A stretch of 61,824 bases of DNA, counting the filler, from Sphacelaria rigidula (Eukaryota), in NCBI GenBank assembly GCA_964200075.2. It is 6 parts of 6 records of this genome, joined end to end, with 100 filler letters (N's around TTAATTAATTAA, not from the genome) between each part and the next. Parts side by side here need not be neighbours in the genome. Positions count along the whole stretch, not along the records: positions 10,323 to 20,543 come from CAXNAA020006906.1; positions 20,644 to 30,864 come from CAXNAA020006907.1; 4 more parts are not named here. The stretch is one strand, 5' to 3'. Below are positions 13,431 through 25,599 of this stretch, piece after piece; within the stretch, counting starts at the first letter, position 1, and each line of letters starts with the position of its first letter. The notes beneath the pieces are model-generated. The model saw only the letters and a list, made by a program, of their open reading frames with translations, was not told the origin of the DNA and ran no database searches. The position numbers and the translations under genes are program-made.

Positions 13431-13822
13431 GGTTTATTTGGTCCCGTGCCTCTTCCTACAGTACAGTACGTGCCGTTCCTACTTGAGAGTCGACATGTGC
13501 GTATTTCTGCCTAGTACTGCTGTCGTGCTCGTTCCTGTCTACTGGTGCTCTGACCCCTTCGTAATTATTGGTGCCGTTCTAAGTTCCGTTCCGGGGTATT
13601 TTTGACCCTTTCAAAACCGGACCGAACCAGCCAGGGGTTTATTTGGTCCCCCGCCTCTTCCTACAGTATAGTACGTGCCGTTCCTACTCGAGTCGATATG
13701 TGCCTCTTTCTGCCTGGCCCTGTCTACGGGTGCTATGACCCCTTGGTTATTATTGGTACCGTTGTCAGTCCCGTTCAGGGGTATTATTGACCCCTTTGAG
13801 ACCGGGATGAATCAGCCAGGGG
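13431..13822. repeat. Tandem duplication, ~205-bp unit x2
   Basis: 'ggtttatttggtccc...cctcttcctacagta' at 13431 and 13636. Confidence 0.85.
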
Positions 13823-14494
13823 ATAGCGCTCATTTATCATGAATCGGTATATTCTTCACCTGAAATCCACCGATTGGGCCCTGCGTACAGACCTCAACCA
13901 TGATTAGTGACGGTCTGGTCCAAACAGGGCATGATAGTAGGATACGAGTAGTGTACATTTTTGCGAGTCAAACAAATTTACGCCAATTCAGTAGATCACT
14001 TACTTAATCTCGCTGTCCAAGGGTTCACCTCTTGATCGCGAGGGTAGTTGATGTCAATCATACATACTCATTTCAAGTGAAACTGAACCCGATTCGAAGG
14101 GCGACATTTTTTTTCAGACTTTTTCGGTTTTGTTTATTTGTTCATTTCTAGAAAAGCTGGAGTCTTATCCCGATTTATGAAAACAAAAATAAATGACGAA
14201 AAGATCCGCCGCTGGATTTTCGCGGGATAACCTGTGATCAGTCTCAACCCTTCGACTGCCAGCGATGGTCCATTTGTTTCATTTGTGAATCGGCATAATG
14301 CTCATTATTTTCTTCTTTTCATGTGCACGTGATGCTATTTCACAAATGAACCACCGCTCGCAGTAAAACGTTTGACCCTTTCACCGCCAGCATACGATAG
14401 ATCACCCATTGGATTGGCATCAACTTCATATGAAAAAAAAAAGTTCGACCCATATAACCTACACTTGTGGTCAAGGGATTTCATTATCCAGTGC

Positions 14495-15375
14495 CGGTCG
14501 TCGGCCCAGTTACTGAGTTGGTGGCCTCGAAACCCTCTGACGGTTGGGTCGTAATGGGTTCGAGTTTCGGGTGAAGTCACACGGTCTGGGGTTTCTCCTC
14601 ACACTAGACCAACAGTGGAGAGCAACCATGTCGCGGGTGAACAAAATTCGAGTTCACGGTCGACCAGGTAAAGGGACCGCTGAACCCCTCTCGCGATTAA
14701 AAACGAGGCAAGCACCGCGAAAGGAAGGCGGGGTACCAAGGCCGCGCTTCGTATATAACAAACAAAAAACGTCTTGTGAAAATGCCATTTTGGTCCTCCG
14801 TCGTCGTTTTATGCCCCCTGAAAGAGAGCTAGGCGGGGTTTTACATCATGGAAATGACTTGCTCTTCTACTCGTTGAGACGATTCCAGGACATCTTACCG
14901 TTGTCCGGTGGCCACAGTTTTTATTTTGGCCAAATTTGAATCCGTGTCCAAGAACGGTCAAGAACAGTTAAATCTAGAAAAGACCTGTCATTTTTATCTG
15001 GACTTGGCTGACCCTCTCTGAACAAAAATCCTTAGTTGTTTGGCCAAAATAAAAACTGCGTGGCCACCGGAAAACGCGAAGAAGATGTTTTGGAACCGCC
15101 TCAATGAGTAGAGCAAGTCATTCCAAGGTGTCGAAATTCGGCGAGCTCTTATTCAGGGTGTAAAACGACGAAAAAGGACTAAAACAGCATCCCGACGGGA
15201 TTTTTGATCATGTTTGCCAGAAGGAGCCGCCTAGACGAAGAGAAAAGAAACTCCTGTGCTGGCCCTTCTTCTTTTTCCTGTCTGTGTGACCCCGGCCGAT
15301 TCGCTCACACATACCGAAAAGGTGTACACTGGCGTCCAGAGTAGATTGGATGACAAAGCGTATCACACACACATT
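14495..15375 (+). mobile_element. SINE copy B, split by a palindromic MITE (~14764-15205)
   Basis: tRNA-like head at 14495-14575 and SINE tail at 15240-15375. The insert is an imperfect inverted repeat related to the 10454/46437 family. Confidence 0.65.
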
Positions 15376-16352
15376 GCTCGACCTGGTCGCGAAATCTGTC
15401 CTTACATTTTTCTGCCAGGACAATTACTTCCCGAAAAAATTGGAGACTCCGTCTGAATAAAATGTGAATATCTCGTTCAGATTACCCTCCATCTCTTTGG
15501 GGACCAGACTCCCAGAGGTATGGTATTTGCACTCGGGGGCCTGTTGGTAAATCGGCATAATAAATTTCACTCGAAAACGACTGACGATGATACCGAGTAA
15601 TAAAATGACCCCCGCGTGCGAACATTATATTTCTGGAAACCCGGTCCCAAAAGGGTTATTGGGGGTAGAGATGTCCTGTCTGTGCTGGGCATGCTCGTGG
15701 CCGTTACCGGTTGGTCACGGTGCAACAGCAGGGTGCTGGGTACAGTAGTGGGCGCCTGAACTATTCATTCGTTGATTTCTTCATAATTGGCCATCCTCTT
15801 ATGCTCTTTCGCTTGCCACCGCTCCGTTTGGGATCTGAGGATACTTGTACCCGCTCCACACTCCAAGAAAAAAAAAAATCTGCATACTCAATATTGAGTG
15901 ATTTACGGGCTGACCGGTCATCGAGATCCTGACGTTCCAGCCCAGATTCCAACTCTCAGGTACTTTCGATCAATCGATTATGTCCTGATCGTAGACATTA
16001 AGAAATGTGCATTTTTATTTTCAAAATTTCACCTACTCATCCCACTGGAGCCGAAAAACTGTGTTTCACGGTCAATAACACCCTTCCGATGAACGGGGTA
16101 TCTACTTATATCGCCCGATAAAACCAAATGACTCTAGCTTGGGCACTGGGAGAAAATATTATCTGTTTATTTTACCAAAATCTACGGACGTCAGCACTTT
16201 CGAGTGCTATCGAAAAGTAGTCGCGAGTAAAAAATAGTTCGGGAGTCCAGCTACAATCTCGTCCACATCGTAGAGCTGCATTTCCACTCGAACAGTCGCA
16301 CCTCGCATCATAGATACAATTACAGCTCTCATAGCTCTCCCGGAAATCGGTG

Positions 16353-16459
16353 TTAACGCTTTGACCGCGAGGGTAGTCTATCTGGATCATGCATAATTTT
16401 TTCAAGTGAAATTGATGCCGATTCAACAGATGACCTACTCTCGCTGGGCCAAGGGCTAA
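16353..16459. mobile_element. ~110-bp mini TIR element with TTAA-like ends (piggyBac/Kolobok-like); relatives at ~13093, ~14025, ~14244, ~19668, ~23760
   Basis: ttaacgctttgaccgc...gccaagggctaa, with shared core 'ttttttcaagtgaaa.tga.gccgattcaacagatgacc'. Confidence 0.55.
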
Positions 16460-19056
16460 ATGCCAACTGCACGGCAAGTACCAAACCCACCCAGACACGA
16501 GCACTATATAATGTTCGCCATCCTTTGATGATGACGGTAGGACGTGAGAGATTTTCGCCCGAGGAGAGTAATGTCTGGATCTGTGCATACGAATGAAAAT
16601 ATGGAAATGTAAGATGCTCAGTCATCTAGTTCATCAAGTTTGACCAAGTTTTGCGATGATGTGTCCGAATTCGGCATGGATGGATGAAACAACTTTTTCT
16701 TCACCGCTCATCACAACATGTATATCATAATACTGAAAGGATGCAACATCCATCTCGCCAGCCGACACGGAACGATCGTGATGATACGAGGGTGCACTCT
16801 CACAGTGAGGCACCCACGTGTGAGAATGAAGCCTTTACGCGGAACGCAAATAATTCAGGGTTTGCGTGGATCATCGCCGGTCCTCATCACCAAATCCACG
16901 ATTATTTTCCAGGCCTGATTGCTCGAAAGAGGAAAAAAAGCTGACCGCTGGTCATAAAGGTCTCCACGCAATTCTTGCGCCATTCCACGTGCCTGGGCTG
17001 CGTGTACCTGGCATGCAATGCTGAAAACAAAGCCTCAGGATTGATCTGTACGATACGAATCAATTACACTAAAGTCAAGTAATTTCCAGAGGAACGATTA
17101 ATTTGTCTAACCCTTAAAATAATCAAATAAAAGTGATTAGGCTTTTCTCGTTCTAGAAGTTCGCTCAACTCTTTGACGGCTGAGAGTCCGAGGACATCCA
17201 GGGGTTGGGGATGGAAGCGGGGGGGCGCGTTCTCATTTCATGATTGCCATAGCGTTTGGCCCCTGACCACGCATATCTTGCGAGACGGGGCGGGTGGGGG
17301 GTGGAGTCGACAACGGGGTGGCTCAACAGAGTTGACAAATATTTGGAAACAGCGATTTGTTGCTTGATATCAGAATTGACACCGATATTTTGATCTTCAG
17401 AGGGGGGTTGACGCTTCCAAGCATCCTAGCTCGCCTAGAACTTGTTTTTGTCCAAATAGGTGGTGCAGGCGCCGACTTGAGGTCTGACATCGCATACGTT
17501 GCCTAGGGCACCCTCCGCCACCCCCGTGCCTGAGGATTCTTTTATGCCTTGGTCGGGGTGAGGGCTAGGGTTAGCCGTAGGATTGGCGACACCTCGTTTT
17601 ATAGCACCAACCATAGTTCCCGACCTGTTGGTAAACAACAGTCGGGTGAGTGCCGCTTCGCAAAGCGAGGGGTGCCTCCGCTTTGGTCGTAGAAGTGGCC
17701 AATAGAACGTTCTCGGAAAATTATGTTTCTGAACTACCTCTAAGCCTATACCCGTGAGCCTAATCCCGACCAAGGCGTACACGAGAACCTTTTGGATGAG
17801 GGGGGTGCTCTAGGCGAAGTGCGCGTTGGCAGACTTTGAGTCGGCGCGTGCGGTACCGATTTGAACAAAAACGCCATCTGCGCACGCTAGGAGCACTCAG
17901 GACTGTCAGCCCTCGCAAAGATCCGAATACCGGTGTTCAATTCACTGTAAAACACGCAGCAGCCATTATTCTCCGACCCATGGATGCATACATTTTGTTT
18001 TTTATTACATTGTAGTCCACCATATCGTTTTGTCCGACTTTTTTCGTTTCTCATTCTTCTTGCAGCGAGTGTGTCAGTTTTGTTCTGTGTCGGGGACGTC
18101 CATCGTGTAACCACGGCTGGATCCCTGGGATCAGTTAACGTGCGACAGTCAATCAATCAGTCAATCGATTCATACGTACATACAATGATGCGTGCTCACC
18201 AGCTGCGTGAATGACGATGCTTTGCACGAGCGCGTCGATCCTCCGAGGAAATTCTTGTAGCGCCTCCCGCGGAGTGGCCACTGCGACGCTCTCCGTAGAC
18301 TGGCCTCTTCTCCGCTGCATCATTCCACTCCTCCCCTCCGACGCTTTGTTGCTGTCGAACAGAACCTCATCGTCGCGTAGATACATCATTTATCTCGTGG
18401 GCGAAATTGCAGCCGTCGCCTGAGCGTCAAGGATAGCGCGGGTTACGGGACATCACACACGTTAAAAAAAATCTCCACGGCCATGCAAATGCCTGTTGTA
18501 CCGATGTATACCCAGAACGAGTTAGTTGGCAGTACGACGGCATCGTGTGGGTTGGGTGGTAAAATCCACGCTACAAGACAGGGGTGCACGAACTCCCCCT
18601 CCCCTACTCCCCCTTCGATCCTGATCGCCTGCAATACAATCCGGTTGCCGCTGCAAAACCAAATATTGTAACCAGTTTTCGCTTTTTCCAGGGTCGAATG
18701 CGGCCCACGTCTACGACAGTCGTTCACCCATTTCTTACTACCGAATGGATGCTGGAAGGGTTGAGGGGATGTTTCTTCGAAACTTTCGAAACTTTTCCGA
18801 AAAAAAAACTTACCCGAAAAATGTGTTACTAGCATATGTCTCAACCAGGTCAAGGAATGGAGCATTCAAGACTGACTACGCATAACTCGGAAAATCTGGC
18901 GTTGGACTCTTTTCTGGTGTTTTTTTTGTTTTTTCTCAAGTATGAAAAGTAAAGAAAAAGTAAAGAAAAAATTCTCGTTAAGAACGACCCTAATTTTAAG
19001 TACGGGGTGTGAGTAATTCTACGGTAGGGGTGCACATCTTCTTAGTGGGAAAGTTT

Positions 19057-20333
19057 CACACGTCGGACAGCTCATGAGATATTTAACAGCTCATCTGCGG
19101 GTTGTAGCTCACTTGTAGTCGAGCATGTACATACGAGCTACGTCCGATAGCTCGCCCAAGATAAACGTGCGCTGATGAGCTACGGGTTGGTAGCTCATCC
19201 TGGACAAACGTATGTAGCTCGTGTGGCTGTCACAGCTCACCCACCGCGAATATGAGCTAATGAGCTACCAACCCGTAGCTTACCCACGACAAACGTGAGT
19301 AGCTCATGTAGCTCTCATAGCTCACGCGGGGAAAACATGCGCGAGTGTGCCACGTCCGGTAGCTTACCCAGGGAAAACATGTGTAGCTCACGCAGGTCTT
19401 TTAGCCCACCCGGGGAGAACATGAGTCGATGAGCGACGCTCGGTAGCTCACCCCAGGAACACATGCTCGTCGCTCACTCACGTCACGTGCCTAAAATAGC
19501 TCGCCACTCTCGAACGGATGGTGTAACACATCATTAGGTTGTAATGCTCTGCCTCGCTCTTCGCGGCGGGAAGAAAATAAGTCAACACAAATCCTCGTTT
19601 GCATGGTCGGGTGGTTCAGAATTATATTGATGTTCGGTGTCTTTTTCAATCGACTATTTCATTTATTTTGACCGCTTGGCCGGCCGTAAGGTACAAGATC
19701 ATATGGTCTACATACTTTTTTCAAGTAAAACTGAAGCCGATTCAACAGATGACCTGTGCTCGCGGTCAAACGGTTGAGCCTTTGACCGCGACGCGTATCA
19801 ACGTGCACGAGCATTGGAACAGAAACATGCAACTCCAAAATCGGCGTAGCTCCTTCAGCTCTCAAGTTCAACCAGGGCAAACATGAGTAGCTCAACCAGA
19901 TAAATATGCGTAGCTCATGTAGCTCTCATAGCTCACCCAGGGCAAACACGCGCGATGAGCTAGGTCCGGTAGCTCATCAAGGACAATTTTGCGCCGCTCA
20001 CCCAGCTATCACAGCTCATCGAGGGCAAACATGTGTAGCTCATGTAGCTCTTGTAACACCCAGGGCGAATATGAGCTGATGAGCTACGGGTTGGTGATTC
20101 ACTTAGAGCAAACATGCGTAGCTCATGCAGCTCTCATGGCTCACTCACCGCGAATATGAACTGATGAGCTACGGGTCGGTAGCTCACCTAGGACAAACAT
20201 GCTTAGCTCATATTACTCTCATAGCTCACCGAGGGAAAACATACGTAGCTCGTGTAGCTCTCATAGCTCACAAGAGAGCTACGCTAAGAACGAGCTAGCT
20301 CGAGCTACAGGGGGCTGATCTGTCCGACGTGTG
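19057..20333. mobile_element. Complete non-autonomous TIR element with AGCTCA subrepeats and an apparent 8-bp TSD (hAT/P-like)
   Basis: TIRs CACACGTCGGACAG / CTGTCCGACGTGTG. Flanks gaaagttt / gaaagctt (7/8 match). Unrelated insert at ~19500-19860. Confidence 0.8.
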
Positions 20334-20643
20334 GAAAGCTTTCTGAGGTTGCACACTGCAGCCCAGATGTTCGTCATCGAGAGGCTCCTAAAGTGGAGAA
20401 CCTGAAAAATAAAGTGCATCCCTGCTGTAAAACCGCTCGTATCACATGTCTCAGTTCCGGTACATATCCCCCTCACCGCCGAGTGATGATACGGTAGGGG
20501 TACAGAAATAATTTCTGAGGTTAGAATTTTTAGGAGCTCCTTANNNNNNNNNNNNNNNNNNNNNNNNNNNNNNNNNNNNNNNNNNNNTTAATTAATTAAN
20601 NNNNNNNNNNNNNNNNNNNNNNNNNNNNNNNNNNNNNNNNNNN

Positions 20644-20970
20644 CATCTATTCTGGACGCCGGTCTACACCTTTCGGTATATGTGGGCGCACCAGCCGGGG
20701 TCACACAGGAGGAAGGTCAACACAGAACTTTTTTTTTTGTACTCCACCTTCCTTCTGCGGTTCTTGTCTTTCTTTTTTTGTCGCGAGAGGGGTTCAGCAA
20801 CCCCTTTCCCTCGTCGACCGCTACGTCGAATTTTGTGTACCCACGGCATAGTCGCTCTCTACGGTTGGGCATGGTGTGAGAAAAAATCCCAGATCGCTTC
20901 GAGATTTGATCCCACGACTCAACCGTCAGAAGGTTTCGAGGCTACCAACTGAGCCACCGGGACGACCGGC
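20644..20970 (-). mobile_element. SINE copy C
   Basis: Reverse complement of copy A ('ctaccaactgagccaccggg', 'cctttcggtatatgtgggcgcaccagccggggtcacacagg'). Confidence 0.7.
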
Positions 20971-21960
20971 TATGATGCTGCCGTTGTTTTTGTTCACGGA
21001 GTTTTGACGTGTTCCAGTTCTTGCTGAAATTGAAAATTACTCGGATTTTTGGTTTCGTGTTTTTTTTCTCGGCATACTCGCATATGTTGCGCGTTTTGAT
21101 GATGAACATCCCGTGTCGAAATTTCAGTGCCTTACTTCTCAAATCAAACACAGTGTCACCCGGTTTCCGACGAAGATCACAATCAGCCAGCCCAGCTCGT
21201 AGTTAACGACAAAGTAAGTACCTCGAGTAACTACTTGTACTACTTAGTTGTCGCAGACGTGATTCAATCTTGATGCTGTAGTCACCGTTCGGCAACCCAT
21301 CCCAACAACAATCGAAGAGCATGCTGGAGAATGGTCGCCAGCGACTAGGCCGAAGTTGTCACGAAACGTCACCAGAAAGCAATGAGTCCAGCATGACACT
21401 CAGTATGTGCACATGTGCAGGTATCGAAAGCCAGTTCAACGCTGTGGTGTCACAGTGCTTGAGTTCTCAAAACCAAGTTTAACCCTATAGTGTCACAATG
21501 CTGAAAAATCGGGATCTCCTCCAGTGTGTGCCTACTCTGGGTGATGGCCAGCGCGCACCACTCATACTCGGACGCAGGCATCGTTGTTTCCCATATTAGA
21601 TATTTTATGCTCAAATTGAGAAATTGGCAACTGTTCTATTTCCGTCCATCTTGGATTCGACTATGTTGTGTTCATTTACCGTCCCAAGAAAGGTATTTTA
21701 TACATTAGATGGGGATCGAACCGCACGTGACTATCCTGTGCAGCACCAAGGTATCGTGTCAACACCCGCGTAGTCTGCAATGGGTCGTGCCTACGGACGT
21801 GGGTGGGGTATCGTCACGGTTCATACCGATAACACTCGTAGTGCCTGAGGTCAGGTCTTCACGTATTGCGAATACGCCCACAATACGTCCTGTTTATCCA
21901 GGTTGACTGAAGGTAGACGCCTGTGCACTAAAACAGTTGTAACATGTAGTGACTACTACT

Positions 21961-23584
21961 CACACGTCGGACAGATCAGCTCGTGACAGATCCGGGTCAG
22001 CTTATTTGGGGGCATAGGTCGTGATCTGTCCGAGGTGTGCTATCACCAGTGCACGCTTGTCCGATGGTGGTCTGTAGGACCTGCCTGACCCGTACAGATT
22101 TGCCGAGCGACGTGCTGTACGACCCGCTTCACACACATCTTCGTGTGCAACTGACCTTCAGAACTATGTCATCTGTACAACATCACATCGTGTCATTTTT
22201 TAAAATCGGCCCAGGAAAGAGCAGCAGCTTGTCGTCGACCCGCGCGAGTTGAATCTCATGTATACCACAAGCTACCCCTTACCCGTGGAATCCGAATCTA
22301 GCATACAAGAAACACTTTCCCGCACCCGTAAGATCTGGATCAAGTATACAAGAAAACAGCAATCAGTATTCCTCACCTGCTAACCTGTATGGCCCGGGTA
22401 CAGTGTATGTTTACAAATCCATACGTTGACTGTAGCAGCCCGGCACATGGAACATGAAGCACGTGTACTTATTCCAAGTGCTTCCACGGTAGGGGTGCAC
22501 ATTTTGCTCTGAAAGTGTGCACTGTCGGAGCATCCGAATCGAGTAAACAATAAACAATATTCAGTATTTCTCACCGACTAACCTGCACGGCCCGGGTACA
22601 TTGTGCGTGCTCACGAGTCCGTAGGTTGTAGATTGACTCTAGCAGCCTGGGCACGTGGGGCATAAAGTATGTTTTTTTTTTCCCCTACCGTAAAGTAAAA
22701 TCCCTGCGCAGGACTCATTAGTAGAGTGTACGAGTTTCACTGCAGAACTTTCATCTGCTCGCATGCGCAACACCGTGTAGATCTTAGCGCTAAGGGTCGT
22801 GGCAGAACGTAATTTGGACTTCTCCACTCCGGTAGCAGTAGCAGTAGAGGTAAGGAATGATGGTTGTGATTTTGCGTAGATGACACGTATGTTTAGTTGT
22901 GCCACCGGCAGTGGAAATGACTGTTTTCGTATTTCCTCGTTCCGGGCGCGCACTCATGCTCGGCGGGACAAGGAAGAAGCATGATACAGCTATATGCTCA
23001 ACTGACGCATCATGACGTTGTTCGACCAGCTTCTAACGAAGGTTTCCGGGGAAGAGTCATCGACGTGTACATGGCCAGCGTTGAGGGAGCACGGGTACCT
23101 CCCGCAAGCCTGCTCGAAGATCAGCCGTATGACATTTTGCGATCTGCGATTAATCTGTATCCGTATGGCCCCTTTAACCTGTGCACAAATCTCTTGTGAT
23201 GACCTGAAGAACCCGGTTGCCCTGCACCCATGGCGTAATAAATGATCTGTACGACCGGTGTGATCCGTACAAGTCTGCCTGATGGTGATCTTATGACCCG
23301 AGTGTTCGTACAAAGTTGCCATAGGTGATTTGTATACTCTGTTCATCCGTATATCACCTCCTTAGGCACACCTATGCAGTCCGAATCAGGTGTACTCGAA
23401 ACGTCAACAACAACCAGTGTATCCTCATAACCCGCACACGATACCTCCCTCGTGATCGATGATACCCGGAACACGAGGACCGTTCCATAACTAGTTGCGC
23501 TGTCATTCAAATGGTGTACACAATCGTGTTCACACTCCACCTGTATGACTTGAGTCCCCTAGAAAATGATCTGTCCGACGTGTG
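21961..23584. mobile_element. TIR element with the same termini but a different interior
   Basis: CACACGTCGGACAGATCA ... TGATCTGTCCGACGTGTG. Flanks ctactact / ctactatt (7/8 match). Confidence 0.8.
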
Positions 23585-25599
23585 CTACTATTCAATGAAA
23601 GAAACGACTTCAAGCGCCCTCCTTCTCGTGCACATTGTACACGCTCAAAGCGGTTAGTCCAATCTAAAGTACACGGATCGGAATCTACAAGTAGAATCAT
23701 AGCAGCAGTCAACTCGTTTTCGAGGGATTTGCCGTCCCGTGTCGCTGTCCGTCGTGTTGTTGACTCTTCCACCGCCGGTGTTGGTCAGTTGAATAGGCAT
23801 CATTTTTACGTGAAGAATGAGTAAAACCCAGATGCCCGCCGGGGCGGTCAATGGGGCTGACCAGGTACACAAGAAGAGCACTGCAGTATCCTCTTCGTCT
23901 GTACATGAGGGGTCCGGCACGGCAATACCACCCCAGCGTGATGTCTCTACCCCACAAGGGAAACATCGCAGTACAGATACTCCACTGCAACCAATCGGTA
24001 TCGTCGACTTGTACTTGTTGTGGATATTGATATTAATTCTTGAGGACATGCCTCGACCGCCAGGAGCAGAGCACTGCCGTGACGCAGATGAGCGCCCGCT
24101 AGACTGCCATGTTCGGAGTACCACTCTCAAATGGAGGTACCCAGCTGTAAACGTCAAGAGAGAGAAACATATTTTCTATGGCAATCAAGACCAGCAGGTT
24201 GTCGTGGTGGGGGTTTATGTCACAAACCTTTTGCCGCGGGTGAATCGGCATGTGGTGGGTGACACATACTTCGTCTGCGGACAGGTGGGGTGTGATACGT
24301 TGTACATCGGTCGTCGGGAGTGCTCAGTTCTCTGTTTGTGCGCAGGCGTCTTGCAATACTAATGTCAGCCAACGTTATCCTGCACGAAGTGAAGACAGGC
24401 AATGTCGGGAGGCCACACGACGTGAACACCGGAGATTTCTACTTGATGCGACTAAGGGCATGTCTTGGTAATTTGTTTTTTCGATCGAAAAAGTGCTCTC
24501 GGTTTTGTTTTCGCCGATCTCATAGGTCCGCACATTCCTGTTCCTACAGTTGAAGGATTCAACTCAAACAGTGTAAATTGTGGCTCGCGGAGAAACCCAT
24601 GTGAGACAAAAAAAAGTATCCTGATCGATCGAAAATATGCGGTCAAGAGGCACGAAGCGGCACTTCACTCCTATCTTGCAGACCACCACGCCAGAGAACA
24701 CCTGTTCACAGGACCATGCAAACTGCATCCAACTCATTCTCAGCCACCACCGCGACCCCCTGCAGCAGAGAGCACGAATTGAGCCCAGGGATAGATACAC
24801 TGCAGTAGTGAGGAATACATTGTTTATTTTTTGTCGGCGAAAGCTTGCGTATCTTCTCTCATGGTAGGGATCAGCGACGGAACTGCGTGGTACGGTGGGC
24901 AGCCGAGTTGCGTACACGCTCATGGACAGTGCAAGCAGTACAAAACTGCACGTTGCCGAAGTCCTTTTCACGTCGCATTGTAATCAGCGAGAACTGATGG
25001 TCCTGGGCTGTCTGCACTGCACGTTGCCCGCTTCTCTTTTTATTCCCCCGTACAAAACACGCACACACACACTCAAGACACTGCTTGCAATCAGTGCAGA
25101 CGGTATAGGCTGTCCGTATTGTACACGAGTGACCATGTACCGTGTCACGAATTTCATTGTCATTTTCCATGGCAATTTTGAGAACTCGCTTGGACCCAAC
25201 TCGACAAAAATGAGCGAATTTCACCCAAATAGATTTCACCACCCCGTTTGTTCGATCGAAAGAAGAAGTGCCAAGGCACGCCCTAATACATCACAATCAA
25301 CACAACAATAACTTTCACACGAGAACTCTCGAAATATCTAGAGCACAAATGGCGGCGCGAGAGAAAGTTCCTGTCTCTTTAGCTTAAGGATTTCTTGGCT
25401 CTTCAGCTGTTGATGTTGCCGTGTCGAGAAATGGTTGGAACGATAGCACCCGAAACACGTGCACAAAACCCCAATAGATACTGCATGGGCGAAGCGGGTG
25501 TGACTTACTCTACGTGAGTTTAGTGCGCTTGATACAGACCGTGGAGTATTCTGTCTCTAGCACACGTGCAGGTGCACGATGCGCTCTAGTCCAAGCGGG

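Noticed and set aside
18200-18389. Possible first exon on the minus strand (MMYLRDDEVLF...HAA|GTGAGC)
   Set aside because: Good donor, but no recognisable domain and no partner exon found.
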